A stretch of 64,000 nt of DNA from Candidatus Woesearchaeota archaeon (lineage in GTDB: Archaea > Nanobdellota > Nanobdellia > Woesearchaeales > ARS49), in NCBI GenBank assembly GCA_038884975.1, contig JAWAAW010000003.1, positions 19,502-83,501 on the forward strand. The letters are read 5' to 3'. Positions 38,303-47,225 of the stretch are shown one piece after another (position 1 is the stretch's first letter; every line of letters starts with the position of its first letter). The notes under the pieces are model-generated. The model was not told the DNA's origin, made no database searches, and saw only the letters and a list, made by a program, of their open reading frames with translations. A program made the position numbers and the translations under genes.

Positions 38303-41300
38303 TTAACTTGATTTTGGCGTCAGCCCTACAAGCCGTATCTTGAACCTCAACGTCTGATTGCCAAGCTTATGCGCCTTTGGATCAAAGCCGTAAGCCGCAT
38401 TGGGAGGAATCTGCACTATTTGTTCCTCACCAGGCTCCATCCCCCTCACAGCAGCGTCAAAACCCTCAATCACCTGTCCAGAACCGATTATGAATCTCAA
38501 CGGCTGGCTAAGTTCATAGTCATCAAACGAACTCTCTATTGTAATGTTGTTTTTCTTCCAGTCCTTTATACTGCTATCAAAAACAGTGCCGTCAAGCAAC
38601 GCGCCAGTGTAGTAAACACTTACTTCATCACCTTCCTGAGCCCCTTTCTTTTTGGTCTCGTTCTTTTTTTCTTCTTCAGCCATTCTTATCGCCTCAAAAC
38701 CGCTGTAAACCTGTGTTGTGTTGCCTGCCCAGTCAACTTTGTAAGTATGTATGCTGCCGCCGGTAATTTCACGTTCGCTCTTGAACTTGATGAAGTGATG
38801 CAAGCCATGCCCCTCAAGGAAATAAAGCCGTGCAAAAATACTTGTCAAAAGTTCAGGACTGCCCATAACGCACTTATAAGTCCCAATGCCGGTCGGGTAA
38901 AGCAGGAACCCAACGCCGGTGTTTGAATTGTTAAGGCTTGTCTTCTTCATTCCACCATCAGCAGTAATGGTTATTGCAACGCTTGGTCTTCCAACACCCT
39001 GGTCAGTCTTGATAACAGCCACGTGTTCAGAAGCATTGTAAATCAAGCCATTAGTGCAACCTATAAGGTCTCCTTGTGTCTGGCAATCCGCTGCCTCGCC
39101 AAGGATTCCAAGCCAAGGGGAAATCCACGTGTTCGCATCACTCTCGCTCGTGATTGCCTGAACGTCAAAATATGCCTGTTCTGCCTGCTCGCGCGTATAA
39201 TTCCACTCATTCATCATAATCTGAACTGCTTCTTCTTGCGGCAAATTCTTCAGCTCCATCCAGAGCTTTGCACGCTCAAAATTCCAGAACCCAAAATGGC
39301 TCCAAACACCAGACTTGCCAATCATGTCACCAGAAGCAATGAAATAATCCTCAGGAGGATCGCAATGAGTAAGCTTGAGTATTTTTTCCTGCTCATTAAT
39401 ATCCTCGCTCGCAAGTATTGCAAGGGCTTCTTTTTTGTCAGCAACAACAAGCCGGTAAAGCAACTTGGCAGACTTCACAGGGTCCTTAAGCTGGGAGTTA
39501 ATAACCTCGAATGCAGAGTTTGAACCGCAATCAAGCATTCTCAAAATCCCAACAGCCTCTGTCTCATCGCTTGTGGCAAGCACGCGACCAATCCAATGAG
39601 CCATTGGAGTATTCTGGGAGGCGCCGTCAAAAGTCACTGCACGGTCAGCCACATACTTGAAATGATGACCAAAATCCCACCACGAATTAATTATTGCATC
39701 AGGCCTTGAGTCCTCTTTTATTGCGGTCAATGTTGACCACCACGCATCATTCATTATAGGGATATCACTTCCACCAGCACTGTACGCCGCCCTTGCTTGA
39801 CCCATCAGTGTGAAAGTTATGAGCGCAATCATTACACCATGCGCTGCAAACTTGTTCAGGTGCAAGTCCTTAATGCTCACCCTGACAGCCCAATCATATG
39901 CTTTACCAAGAGCAATCCCGAAAACAACCGAAAAAGCAGGAGCCATAAGCAAAGTAAATCTTACGCCCTTCAGGCTGGCGTACATTGTTGCAATAATCCA
40001 GAGCGCAAAAAGCGGCGCATACTTAAGGTCAACACTCCATTTGCCCTCTGAGCGTCTGAAAAGAAGCATTGCAATGCCTGCAATGGCAATCCAGAACATT
40101 GCCCAACCACCAACAGAACCAACAACACCATTAATGTCAGTCGGATTAAGTTCTGCAACAGTTGTGTAAACATTGGGCCAAAGAGTTGGGTGTGCTGCTG
40201 CCTTTATGATGACAAAGTGCAAAGGCTGCAACAATGCACCGGTGAACTGCTGGAATTCGGTAAACAACGAGACAAATACGGCAGACGAAGCAAGGTATGT
40301 TATTGATAAGATTGCCCTCTTTTTGATTATTTCCTTAAGCTTGTTCACGTGCTTGTGATTCCTCACGATTTCGCTCGTTACCAGTATTGCGAACGCTGCA
40401 AGGATGAAGTCAAAAACATACCACCAGCCACCCCGCCATGCAAAAGCGTAAAGCCCCATCACAAAACCAGTCATGACAGAAAATCCAATGATTTTCTTTA
40501 TCTCTTCCGCATCAATCATTAGAGTATAGAGCCACGTGATGAGCAGGGGGAAGAAGATGTTATAAGCATCAGTGTCAGCATGCCCCCAGCCAGTCCTGAC
40601 AATTATTGAAGGCAGTATTGCAACAGTCGTTGCAGTAATGATTCCACCAGGAATTCCTGCAAAACGCCTGCCAATAAAGAACGCAGGAACCATTGCGAGC
40701 AAAATAAAAATAATCGGGAAATAAGAAGCAGCCTGCATAAGTGTTATTTTCGGGCTGAAAATCCTGAGAATCCTGTACTGCCACAAGAGCATATAGGGCT
40801 GAAGTTCGCGCCTGAACTCACCACCAAGAGGGGCAACCATATGGTTGTCAATTAGCTTGCCATCCCTTATTTCATCAGCATACTTGCCTTTCTCAAGAAG
40901 GTTTCTTGCATAACGCAAATAAGTGTAAGGGTCAATGTCAGGCATGTACGTGTATTTTTTGCCATCAACATCATACTTCCAAAACTCCTTAATCTGCTGA
41001 TTAACTGCCTTGACCTGCAAGTCAATCTGGGACTTTTGCTGATTGTATATCTTGTTCCATTCCTCATCAATGATTTTTTGCTTCCTCTCATCCGGAAGGT
41101 TTGGGTATTGCTGGTTCAAGGCATCAACCAACTGGTTCTTCAACAATGTTGTGACGTGGCTATTAGCCCACCCCTCTGTCATTGGCAGTTCCTCACTTCT
41201 GAGGCGCATGTACATGCCGCCCCAAGGCATGTAAAAATCCTTGCTGCCAAGCACAATCCTGTTAGGCACGAACTGCATTATCAGAAGCACCCCAAGAATT

Positions 41301-41728
41301 ACGAGCAAAGGATGCTTCTTGACCCAGTCCCAAACCCTGCTGAAATCAAAGCTAATGTCGTCATCGCTTTTCTTTTCTTCTGAATGCTCTTTTTTTGTAA
41401 ACCATGACTTTATTTTTGAAAAATCAATTGAGATATCATCATCGTCCTTCTTTTGCTCTTGAGCCTGGTGCGTATGCTCTTTTTTCGTGAACCAGGACTT
41501 TATTTTTGAGAAATCAATGCTTAACTCGTCATCCTCTTTTTTCTCAACGCTTGCCGGAGAATGCTCGTGCTTTGCCTCATGGGGAACGACTGCGTGCTTG
41601 TCAGAAACAAGCGAAGGCTCTGTGCTTGTTCCCTCCTTCGGTTCTGGCTTGGCTTCCTGCTTCTTTTTCCTCTTGAACCAATCACTTACTTTTCCAAAAT
41701 CAATTGAAAGTTCGTCATCCCCGGGCAT
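38303..41728 (-). CDS. aglB: AglB/STT3-type oligosaccharyltransferase with N-terminal repeat extension and C-terminal FKBP-type peptidyl-prolyl isomerase domain
   Basis: 1141 aa. A 13+ TM core has the SWWDFGHHFKY block, a variant of the WWDYG catalytic motif of STT3/AglB/PglB. The last roughly 110 aa (GDEVSVYYTGALLDGTVFDSS....FIIGSGQVIEGFDAAVRGMEPGEEQIVQIPPNAAYG) are an FKBP fold. The first roughly 140 aa carry four copies of DDELSIDFSKIKSWFTKKEH. Confidence 0.85.
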   Translation of the reverse strand: MPGDDELSIDFGKVSDWFKRKKKQEAKPEPKEGTSTEPSLVSDKHAVVPHEAKHEHSPASVEKKEDDELSIDFSKIKSWFTKKEHTHQAQEQKKDDDDISIDFSKIKSWFTKKEHSEEKKSDDDISFDFSRVWDWVKKHPLLVILGVLLIMQFVPNRIVLGSKDFYMPWGGMYMRLRSEELPMTEGWANSHVTTLLKNQLVDALNQQYPNLPDERKQKIIDEEWNKIYNQQKSQIDLQVKAVNQQIKEFWKYDVDGKKYTYMPDIDPYTYLRYARNLLEKGKYADEIRDGKLIDNHMVAPLGGEFRRELQPYMLLWQYRILRIFSPKITLMQAASYFPIIFILLAMVPAFFIGRRFAGIPGGIITATTVAILPSIIVRTGWGHADTDAYNIFFPLLITWLYTLMIDAEEIKKIIGFSVMTGFVMGLYAFAWRGGWWYVFDFILAAFAILVTSEIVRNHKHVNKLKEIIKKRAILSITYLASSAVFVSLFTEFQQFTGALLQPLHFVIIKAAAHPTLWPNVYTTVAELNPTDINGVVGSVGGWAMFWIAIAGIAMLLFRRSEGKWSVDLKYAPLFALWIIATMYASLKGVRFTLLMAPAFSVVFGIALGKAYDWAVRVSIKDLHLNKFAAHGVMIALITFTLMGQARAAYSAGGSDIPIMNDAWWSTLTAIKEDSRPDAIINSWWDFGHHFKYVADRAVTFDGASQNTPMAHWIGRVLATSDETEAVGILRMLDCGSNSAFEVINSQLKDPVKSAKLLYRLVVADKKEALAILASEDINEQEKILKLTHCDPPEDYFIASGDMIGKSGVWSHFGFWNFERAKLWMELKNLPQEEAVQIMMNEWNYTREQAEQAYFDVQAITSESDANTWISPWLGILGEAADCQTQGDLIGCTNGLIYNASEHVAVIKTDQGVGRPSVAITITADGGMKKTSLNNSNTGVGFLLYPTGIGTYKCVMGSPELLTSIFARLYFLEGHGLHHFIKFKSEREITGGSIHTYKVDWAGNTTQVYSGFEAIRMAEEEKKNETKKKGAQEGDEVSVYYTGALLDGTVFDSSIKDWKKNNITIESSFDDYELSQPLRFIIGSGQVIEGFDAAVRGMEPGEEQIVQIPPNAAYGFDPKAHKLGNQTLRFKIRLVGLTPKSS
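41365..41728 (-). repeat. Imperfect tandem repeat (about 60-90 nt units) encoding the DDELSIDFSKIKSWFTKKEH motif four times at the AglB N-terminus
   Basis: The repeat is visible at the nucleotide level (ttttcgtgaaccaggactttatttttgagaaatcaatg... / ttttttgtaaaccatgactttatttttgaaaaatcaattg...) and at the protein level. Confidence 0.6.
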
Positions 41729-41764
41729 TATTCTTATCCCCCGAGCATCGCAGAATGTGGTTGA

Positions 41765-41779
41765 CTTAAAAAGCTTTCG
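41765..41779 (-). promoter_or_regulatory. BRE/TATA promoter (CGAAAGC-TTTTTAAG) of the AglB-led array; about 50-nt leader with a GGGGGATAAG Shine-Dalgarno sequence
   Basis: The minus strand reads cacgaaagctttttaagtcaaccacattctgcgatgctcgggggataagaataATG. Confidence 0.4.
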
Positions 41780-41857
41780 TGGGAATTCCGGGCATTAGTT
41801 CGAATACTGCTATAACAGCGTCTTACAGGCGAAGATACCTGACGATTCCTGAAGCTC

Positions 41858-42943
41858 TTATGCGAAAGCGTACTTTGCAAAATAAATCAATCGCGGTTCT
41901 GCAAGCAAGAGCCTGAGCAAGAATCTTGAGGGGTATTCGCGCGGATACCTATATAATATACTCTTTATCCTTCTGTTGGACATCAAGCTTATCAGCCTGC
42001 AGTAATCATCGTCAGAAAACCTATTGAGAATCCTCCTGAGCTTGCTGTGAAGCCATAATTCCTTCCTGAGCTTTCTTAGATTCTCTTCATAACTTGTTCC
42101 AGTAATTATGCTCTCTGCTACTGCCTTTGCCGAAAGCATTCCTGTAATAATGCCCCCGCCTGTCGTGTCCTTGACAAAACCACCTGCATCACCAACAAGG
42201 AACGTGTTGCCATTCTGAACCCTCCGCCTGTGCTCGTATATCGGAATGGGTGCTGCCTGCCGAGCAACAATCTTGCCGCCAGCCATCTTCATCAATCGCT
42301 GAAAGCATTCTGCACAATTCTTGTCATTCGTGGTGGCAACACCAACCCTCGAGAGCTCCCTGCTTTCCGGAACGCTCCAAGCAAAGAAGCCAGGAGCAAT
42401 ACTGCCGAACCAGACAGTAAAAACCCCTGGATTGTATTCTGCCTGTATTGTTGCCTGCTGTCCCACGTAGAATTTCTTGTTCTTGCCAAGCCCTGAAGTT
42501 TCTGCAACCTTGCTCAACGGACCATCTGCACCGATGAGAATATCGCAATTTTCCTCAACGGTTTGATTGTTAAAGCGGAAGAAGAGCTTGTTGCCGTTTC
42601 TGCCAATGTAACGATGCCCAAGCAGGATTTTCGCTCCTGCCTTCCTTGCTTTTTCTGCAAGATGGTTGTCAAATTTTTTCCTGCAAAGGACAAACTCCTT
42701 CAGGGAAATGTGAAGTTTTTCATTCCTTGGCCCAACTATGTCAACGCCCTCAAGCTCATTTATGACGTAATCCTTGCTGTATTCAATAAGGTCAAACAAT
42801 GCCTTTGTCACAATCCCTGTGCACGCTATTGGCTCGCCTATCTTGTCGTGGTCTTCAAAGATTGTGACATCATGACCTGCCTTTGCGAGCAGGAAGCCCG
42901 CATAACTGCCTGAAGGTCCTGCGCCAACGATTGCTATCCTCAT
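41858..42943 (-). CDS. Geranylgeranyl reductase family FAD-dependent oxidoreductase
   Basis: MRIAIVGAGPSGSYAGFLLAKAGHDVTIFE, about 360 aa. The flavin-reductase fold and size match archaeal digeranylgeranylglycerophospholipid reductase / ChlP-like proteins. M18 (42943) is the preferred start. Confidence 0.8.
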   Translation of the reverse strand: MRIAIVGAGPSGSYAGFLLAKAGHDVTIFEDHDKIGEPIACTGIVTKALFDLIEYSKDYVINELEGVDIVGPRNEKLHISLKEFVLCRKKFDNHLAEKARKAGAKILLGHRYIGRNGNKLFFRFNNQTVEENCDILIGADGPLSKVAETSGLGKNKKFYVGQQATIQAEYNPGVFTVWFGSIAPGFFAWSVPESRELSRVGVATTNDKNCAECFQRLMKMAGGKIVARQAAPIPIYEHRRRVQNGNTFLVGDAGGFVKDTTGGGIITGMLSAKAVAESIITGTSYEENLRKLRKELWLHSKLRRILNRFSDDDYCRLISLMSNRRIKSILYRYPREYPSRFLLRLLLAEPRLIYFAKYAFA

Positions 42944-43016
42944 GTGCTGGCGGACTTTGGCGTTTGTTTTAAGGCTTACGCACAAATAGGTCACTCCTAC
43001 AAAGTAGTGATAAATA

Positions 43017-43030
43017 CGAAGCTTTATAAA
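43017..43030 (+). promoter_or_regulatory. BRE/TATA (ACGAAGC-TTTATAAA) with an approximately 23-nt leader carrying TAGGGGTAA ahead of ATG 43076
   Basis: The gctttataaag element recurs at 45811-45825 and 53319-53333. Confidence 0.4.
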
Positions 43031-43075
43031 GACCTGCCAATACTTGTTTTACAATAATTATAGGGGTAACTCACA

Positions 43076-44182
43076 ATGAAAACACAAACCACCAAAAACT
43101 CATTTTACACGTTCTTGACAAACACAGGCAAAAAAATTGCAAGAAAAGCCCGCAATGCAATTGCAGGAGCAACAATCCTTGCAGGCTCGCTTGCCGGTGC
43201 ATACGCACAGGAAGAACAAAAACAACCAACTGTTCCTCCGCCAACATACCTGACACAAAAGAAAACAACCACCGCTGAAACACCGCAAGACCTTTCAACC
43301 AAGGCAATCCTTAACGGCAATGCATATTTTGATTCAGAAACAAAAGGGGCAACAGGCACAGCAAAGGGAATACTCGACTTTGGAAACTGCGGCCTTGACA
43401 TTTACGGAAACAGCTTCCTGACAAGACAGGACTTTGACGAATACAAGATAGACGGAGACGGAGCGCGCGCATGGGCAGGAATTCACGCGTATTTCCCGCT
43501 TGCAAGAGACCTTGTGCTTTATGGCGCAGCAGCCGGAGGGCTTGAAAAACGCATTTACACAATCAAGTTTGACAACGACTCAGAAGACTTTGACTTCGGA
43601 AACAGAAGCCCGTTTGCGACAGCAACAATTGGCATCGCGCAGGGCAGGCTCAACGACCCAGACAATTTCGGCGTCGGGAACGACATGAACCGACTGCTCA
43701 TAAAGGCAACATGGCACAACGGAAGTGCAGAAGGCGATGTTGAAGAGCACGGCTATGGAGACGATTACGAAGCAAGACGCTACTCCGCAGAAGGCAGGTT
43801 TGTCCTTTTCAAGGATGTTTTTGCTCACGGAGACAGCCTTGCAGCCACAGGAGGAATTGCATCACTTTGCGAAAAAATAGGCAACTTCCTCAAGCAGAAC
43901 CACGTCGCAGGAGAAGCAGGAATGCGCTGGAACCTGCCTGACCATACAGGATATGTGGAACCGGGCGTTGTCATCAAGGACGTGGAAAGCACACTTGCAG
44001 GAAGCAAGACAACAGACAAGCTTGTTGGACCACAGCTCAAGACAGGACTGCGCATTTACCGCGGTAACACAGTAACCATTGACGCAACCCTTGAAGCAGG
44101 ATACTTGTCCAGCAAGAAAAGCGATGACCAGTGGTACATTGCTCCCGGGCTCACAGTCTGGCTTGGCAAAAAATCAAAATAA
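43076..44182 (+). CDS. Secreted protein, Gly/Asp-rich, unknown function
   Basis: N-terminal signal peptide (cleavage predicted after ...AGAYA). Mature region is rich in alternating polar/aromatic stretches. The presumed homology class has no assignable function. Confidence 0.55.
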   Translation: MKTQTTKNSFYTFLTNTGKKIARKARNAIAGATILAGSLAGAYAQEEQKQPTVPPPTYLTQKKTTTAETPQDLSTKAILNGNAYFDSETKGATGTAKGILDFGNCGLDIYGNSFLTRQDFDEYKIDGDGARAWAGIHAYFPLARDLVLYGAAAGGLEKRIYTIKFDNDSEDFDFGNRSPFATATIGIAQGRLNDPDNFGVGNDMNRLLIKATWHNGSAEGDVEEHGYGDDYEARRYSAEGRFVLFKDVFAHGDSLAATGGIASLCEKIGNFLKQNHVAGEAGMRWNLPDHTGYVEPGVVIKDVESTLAGSKTTDKLVGPQLKTGLRIYRGNTVTIDATLEAGYLSSKKSDDQWYIAPGLTVWLGKKSK

Positions 44183-44256
44183 ACCAACAGCTTTAAAAAT
44201 ACCACTCAATAGTAAAAACAAGTAACATTCACTAAAACCACAGGGGGTAACAAAAA

Positions 44257-44979
44257 ATGAACAAAGTCATGAAGGGTTTGGGAACAATCGTTTTGGCACT
44301 TGCGGGATGCACAAGTCCTGCCACACAGGAAAAGCCAAAACTTACAAGGGAATACATGCAACAGGTGGAACAAAGAATCAATAATATTGATTCGGACAAC
44401 AAGCGCACTGCCCAAGAGGCTGCAGAGCTTTCAAGCTTGTACGCGGTATTCAATGACAACACGCCTGAAGATGATGCGAACAATGCTCTTTATGAAAAAA
44501 TTTTCAAGAAGCTCGAGGAAGCACAGAAGGAAACCTACAAAAAAATGGAGTTCTATGTCGGATTTACAGGGGTTAACACAGAAGAGTACAAGAATGCGCC
44601 GGGTAATGTCGGAATAACAAGACCGCTTGACAAGGTCACAGGACAGAAGCTTGTAGAGTGCATCGGAGAGCAACGCGCATACCAGTTAATGTCACAGCTC
44701 AAGCCTGTTGAGGAATACAAGGGTCTGCCTGTCACAAAAGGTCCTGCTGAGGAAGGCGGACAGCGCATAGTCTGCCTTGAAAATGTTGCTGTAGAGATGA
44801 CACTTGATGAAGCAAAGGCTGTCGTTGGAGACAAGCTCGGACGCCTCACAAAACAGCGCCTTGAGGAGCTTACAGACGGCAAAAAGCAGAACGGCGAAAT
44901 GTATAAGGCATGGCTGATTGCAGAAACCTGCAAGGGATATGACCTGCCAAAGCAACAGCCGGCTGCTGACAAGAAATAA
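44257..44979 (+). CDS. Putative lipoprotein (lipobox LAGC)
   Basis: MNKVMKGLGTIVLALAGC followed by a charged, helical mature region. SD-like AGGGGGTAA sits 8 nt upstream of the start. Confidence 0.55.
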   Translation: MNKVMKGLGTIVLALAGCTSPATQEKPKLTREYMQQVEQRINNIDSDNKRTAQEAAELSSLYAVFNDNTPEDDANNALYEKIFKKLEEAQKETYKKMEFYVGFTGVNTEEYKNAPGNVGITRPLDKVTGQKLVECIGEQRAYQLMSQLKPVEEYKGLPVTKGPAEEGGQRIVCLENVAVEMTLDEAKAVVGDKLGRLTKQRLEELTDGKKQNGEMYKAWLIAETCKGYDLPKQQPAADKK

Positions 44980-45012
44980 TTTTTTTTCAGATTTTGAGAT
45001 TATTGGTGAGGC

Positions 45013-45777
45013 ATGAACGCAAAACAATGGAATGCAACAATGTTCAGCGCATTGGCAGCGCTTGTCATAATTGCAGTTCCGTTCCTTGCAGTTGCCAGCG
45101 ACATTGATTTTGGAGGGTTCTTAGACATTGATGCAGGAGGCTTCACTGACATTGATTTTGGAGGGTTCTCAGACATTGATGCAGGAGGCTTCACTGACAT
45201 TGATTTTGGTGGTCAGTCAGATATTGATTTTGGCGGTGCAGCAGTTGGTGCAGGCGTTGAAACAGGAATTCCAGGATTTGACCCCTTTGATGATGATTTC
45301 GGACCATTTGATAACATCCCTGGAAACCCCTCAGGCGACGACATCGTCATCCCACAACCGCACCCAGAAGAACCACCAGTCATACCGCCACCAGTGGTGC
45401 CTCCTGTAGAGCCAACACCGCAGCCATCGCCATCACCTGAAAGCAAGGATTACCTGCGCATTTTCATACACAACATATTCATGAACAACCCGTTTGACGA
45501 GCAGCCTGGAGACCAAGTTGCTTTGAGAATAACCTTTGAGAACACAGGCACAAAAAAGCTTGAAAACACAAAAGTCATAGTCGGAATACCAGACCTTGCA
45601 GTCAAGGCATCATTCGGCCCGCTTGACCTTGGAAAAGGCGAAAAAGCAACAGCAACAGCATACCTTGAACTGCCAGAAGACACAATGCCGGGAGTTTATC
45701 CTGTGAGAATCCAGATTTACAACGAGAACTCACAACGCATAGTGCACCGCGAAATAGAGGTGGTTGACTACTCATAA
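45013..45777 (+). CDS. Secreted repeat protein: seven DIDFGG(F) octapeptide repeats, Pro-rich linker, C-terminal beta-rich domain
   Basis: Signal peptide, then SDIDFGGFLDIDAGGFTDIDFGGFSDIDAGGFTDIDFGGQSDIDFGG, then PVIPPPVVPPVEPTPQPSPSP. Confidence 0.65.
   Translation: MNAKQWNATMFSALAALVIIAVPFLAVASDIDFGGFLDIDAGGFTDIDFGGFSDIDAGGFTDIDFGGQSDIDFGGAAVGAGVETGIPGFDPFDDDFGPFDNIPGNPSGDDIVIPQPHPEEPPVIPPPVVPPVEPTPQPSPSPESKDYLRIFIHNIFMNNPFDEQPGDQVALRITFENTGTKKLENTKVIVGIPDLAVKASFGPLDLGKGEKATATAYLELPEDTMPGVYPVRIQIYNENSQRIVHREIEVVDYS
45100..45237 (+). repeat. Near-perfect 48-nt tandem duplication (2.9 copies) encoding the DIDFGGF repeats
   Basis: gacattgattttggagggttcttagacattgatgcaggaggcttcact repeats with 1 mismatch at 45100-45147 and 45148-45195, then a partial third copy. 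Confidence 0.75.
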
Positions 45778-45810
45778 ATAGTATTTCACTACTAGGGGAT
45801 AGATAAAATT

Positions 45811-45825
45811 CGAAAGCTTTATAAA
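45811..45825 (+). promoter_or_regulatory. BRE/TATA CGAAAGC-TTTATAAA upstream of the surface-protein gene
   Basis: Reads cgaaagctttataaagg. An SD-like GGGGGTA lies 8 nt before ATG 45885. Confidence 0.4.
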
Positions 45826-45884
45826 GGGGTCGTACATAACGATAAAACACTAACGCTAACAAAAACAATGGGGGTATATTGAAG

Positions 45885-47156
45885 ATGAATCCGCTCAAAA
45901 TCGCAGTGATGCTCGTGCTTGCAATAGCACTTGCAACAACAGCTTTCGCACTCCCAATAACAGTGGAGAAAGTGGAAGTTGATGATGTCGAGCTGCAGGA
46001 AGGCGCCTCAAACAGGTTCGACGTCCTGCGCGGCGACAAGATAGAAGTTGAAGTCCTGTTCACACCATACGAAAATGTCAAGGACATGCAGATTGAGGCA
46101 TTCTTCAGCGGCGACGAACACAATGACGTAATGCCTGCATACGACGTGACAAGCACTTTCGATGCAGATGCAGGAGTCACTTACCGCAAGAAACTCAATA
46201 TTAACATTCACGAGTTCTTTGAAGAGGACGCGTACAAGCTCCGCCTTATATTCTCAGACAGGGATGGAGAAGAGCTCGTGCAGAATTACAACATAAAGAT
46301 CGACGTGCCAAGGCACGGAGTGATGATACGCGATATAACCTTCAATCCCGAAGGCAAGGTAAAGGCAGGAAGCGCGCTTTTGGGCGTTGTCAGGGTGCGC
46401 AATGTTGGTGAGAAAGACGAGGAAGACGTCAAGGTCACTATGAGCATCCCTCAGCTTGGAGTGAGCGCTTCAGACTACATTGACGAAGTCGAGAATGGCG
46501 ATGAAGAGGAAGAGACAGAGGAACTCTACCTCAGGATACCAAAATGCACAAAGCCGGGCGTTTATGACGTGAATGTTGAGGTGGCATACAACGACGGCTT
46601 CAGAAAGGAACGTGCAACAAAGCAGATAGAAGTGCTTGCGGATGACACGTGCGAGGACACTGCCGCAGCACCTGCAACGAAGGCAAAAACAACCATTGCC
46701 GTGGGAAGCCAGCTCGAGAATGTCATACAGGGCGGCACAGCAGTCTTCCCAATAACAATCACTAACTCAGGAAGGACAAGCAAGTCCTACACAGTGAATG
46801 TTGAAGCAGGCGACTGGGCAACAGTCAAGATAACGCCGACCAGCACAGTCGTGCTTGACGCAGGCAAGACACAAACAGTATATGTCTTTGTCGAGGCAAG
46901 CAAGAACGCGCCGGTTGGTGCACAGGTTGTTACAGCAGCCATAAGCACAAGCGGACAACCGCTTGAGAGCCTGACACTGACAGCAAATGTCCAAAAGGCA
47001 GGCAAGAGCGCACTCAGGAGCGTGCTCGAGTGGGGCCTCATAGTGCTCGTGGTGATTCTTGTCATACTTGGGCTGATAATCGGATTCAGCCGCCTTAAGG
47101 GTGACGATGTTGGGGAAGCACAGCCTGAACAACCACAACCGCAAGCTTACTACTAA
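45885..47156 (+). CDS. Surface protein with N-terminal signal peptide and C-terminal TM anchor (archaeal surface-protein architecture)
   Basis: Signal MNPLKIAVMLVLAIALATTAFA. A large beta-rich ectodomain includes an acidic stretch (ENGDEEEETEE). C-terminal LIVLVVILVILGLIIGF TM plus a short tail. Confidence 0.6.
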   Translation: MNPLKIAVMLVLAIALATTAFALPITVEKVEVDDVELQEGASNRFDVLRGDKIEVEVLFTPYENVKDMQIEAFFSGDEHNDVMPAYDVTSTFDADAGVTYRKKLNINIHEFFEEDAYKLRLIFSDRDGEELVQNYNIKIDVPRHGVMIRDITFNPEGKVKAGSALLGVVRVRNVGEKDEEDVKVTMSIPQLGVSASDYIDEVENGDEEEETEELYLRIPKCTKPGVYDVNVEVAYNDGFRKERATKQIEVLADDTCEDTAAAPATKAKTTIAVGSQLENVIQGGTAVFPITITNSGRTSKSYTVNVEAGDWATVKITPTSTVVLDAGKTQTVYVFVEASKNAPVGAQVVTAAISTSGQPLESLTLTANVQKAGKSALRSVLEWGLIVLVVILVILGLIIGFSRLKGDDVGEAQPEQPQPQAYY

Positions 47157-47225
47157 GCTTGTGGGATTTTTCACTTTTTTCTCCCGTGCCCTGCCTGAAC
47201 CACATGGCACACGTGGAGTGACAAA

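Noticed and set aside
43076-44182. Outer-membrane beta-barrel porin-like protein
   Set aside because: The Gly/Asp-rich alternating pattern suggested a beta-barrel. However the C-terminus ends KKSK rather than with an aromatic residue, and the rest of the locus looks archaeal (no outer membrane). It is called only a secreted protein.
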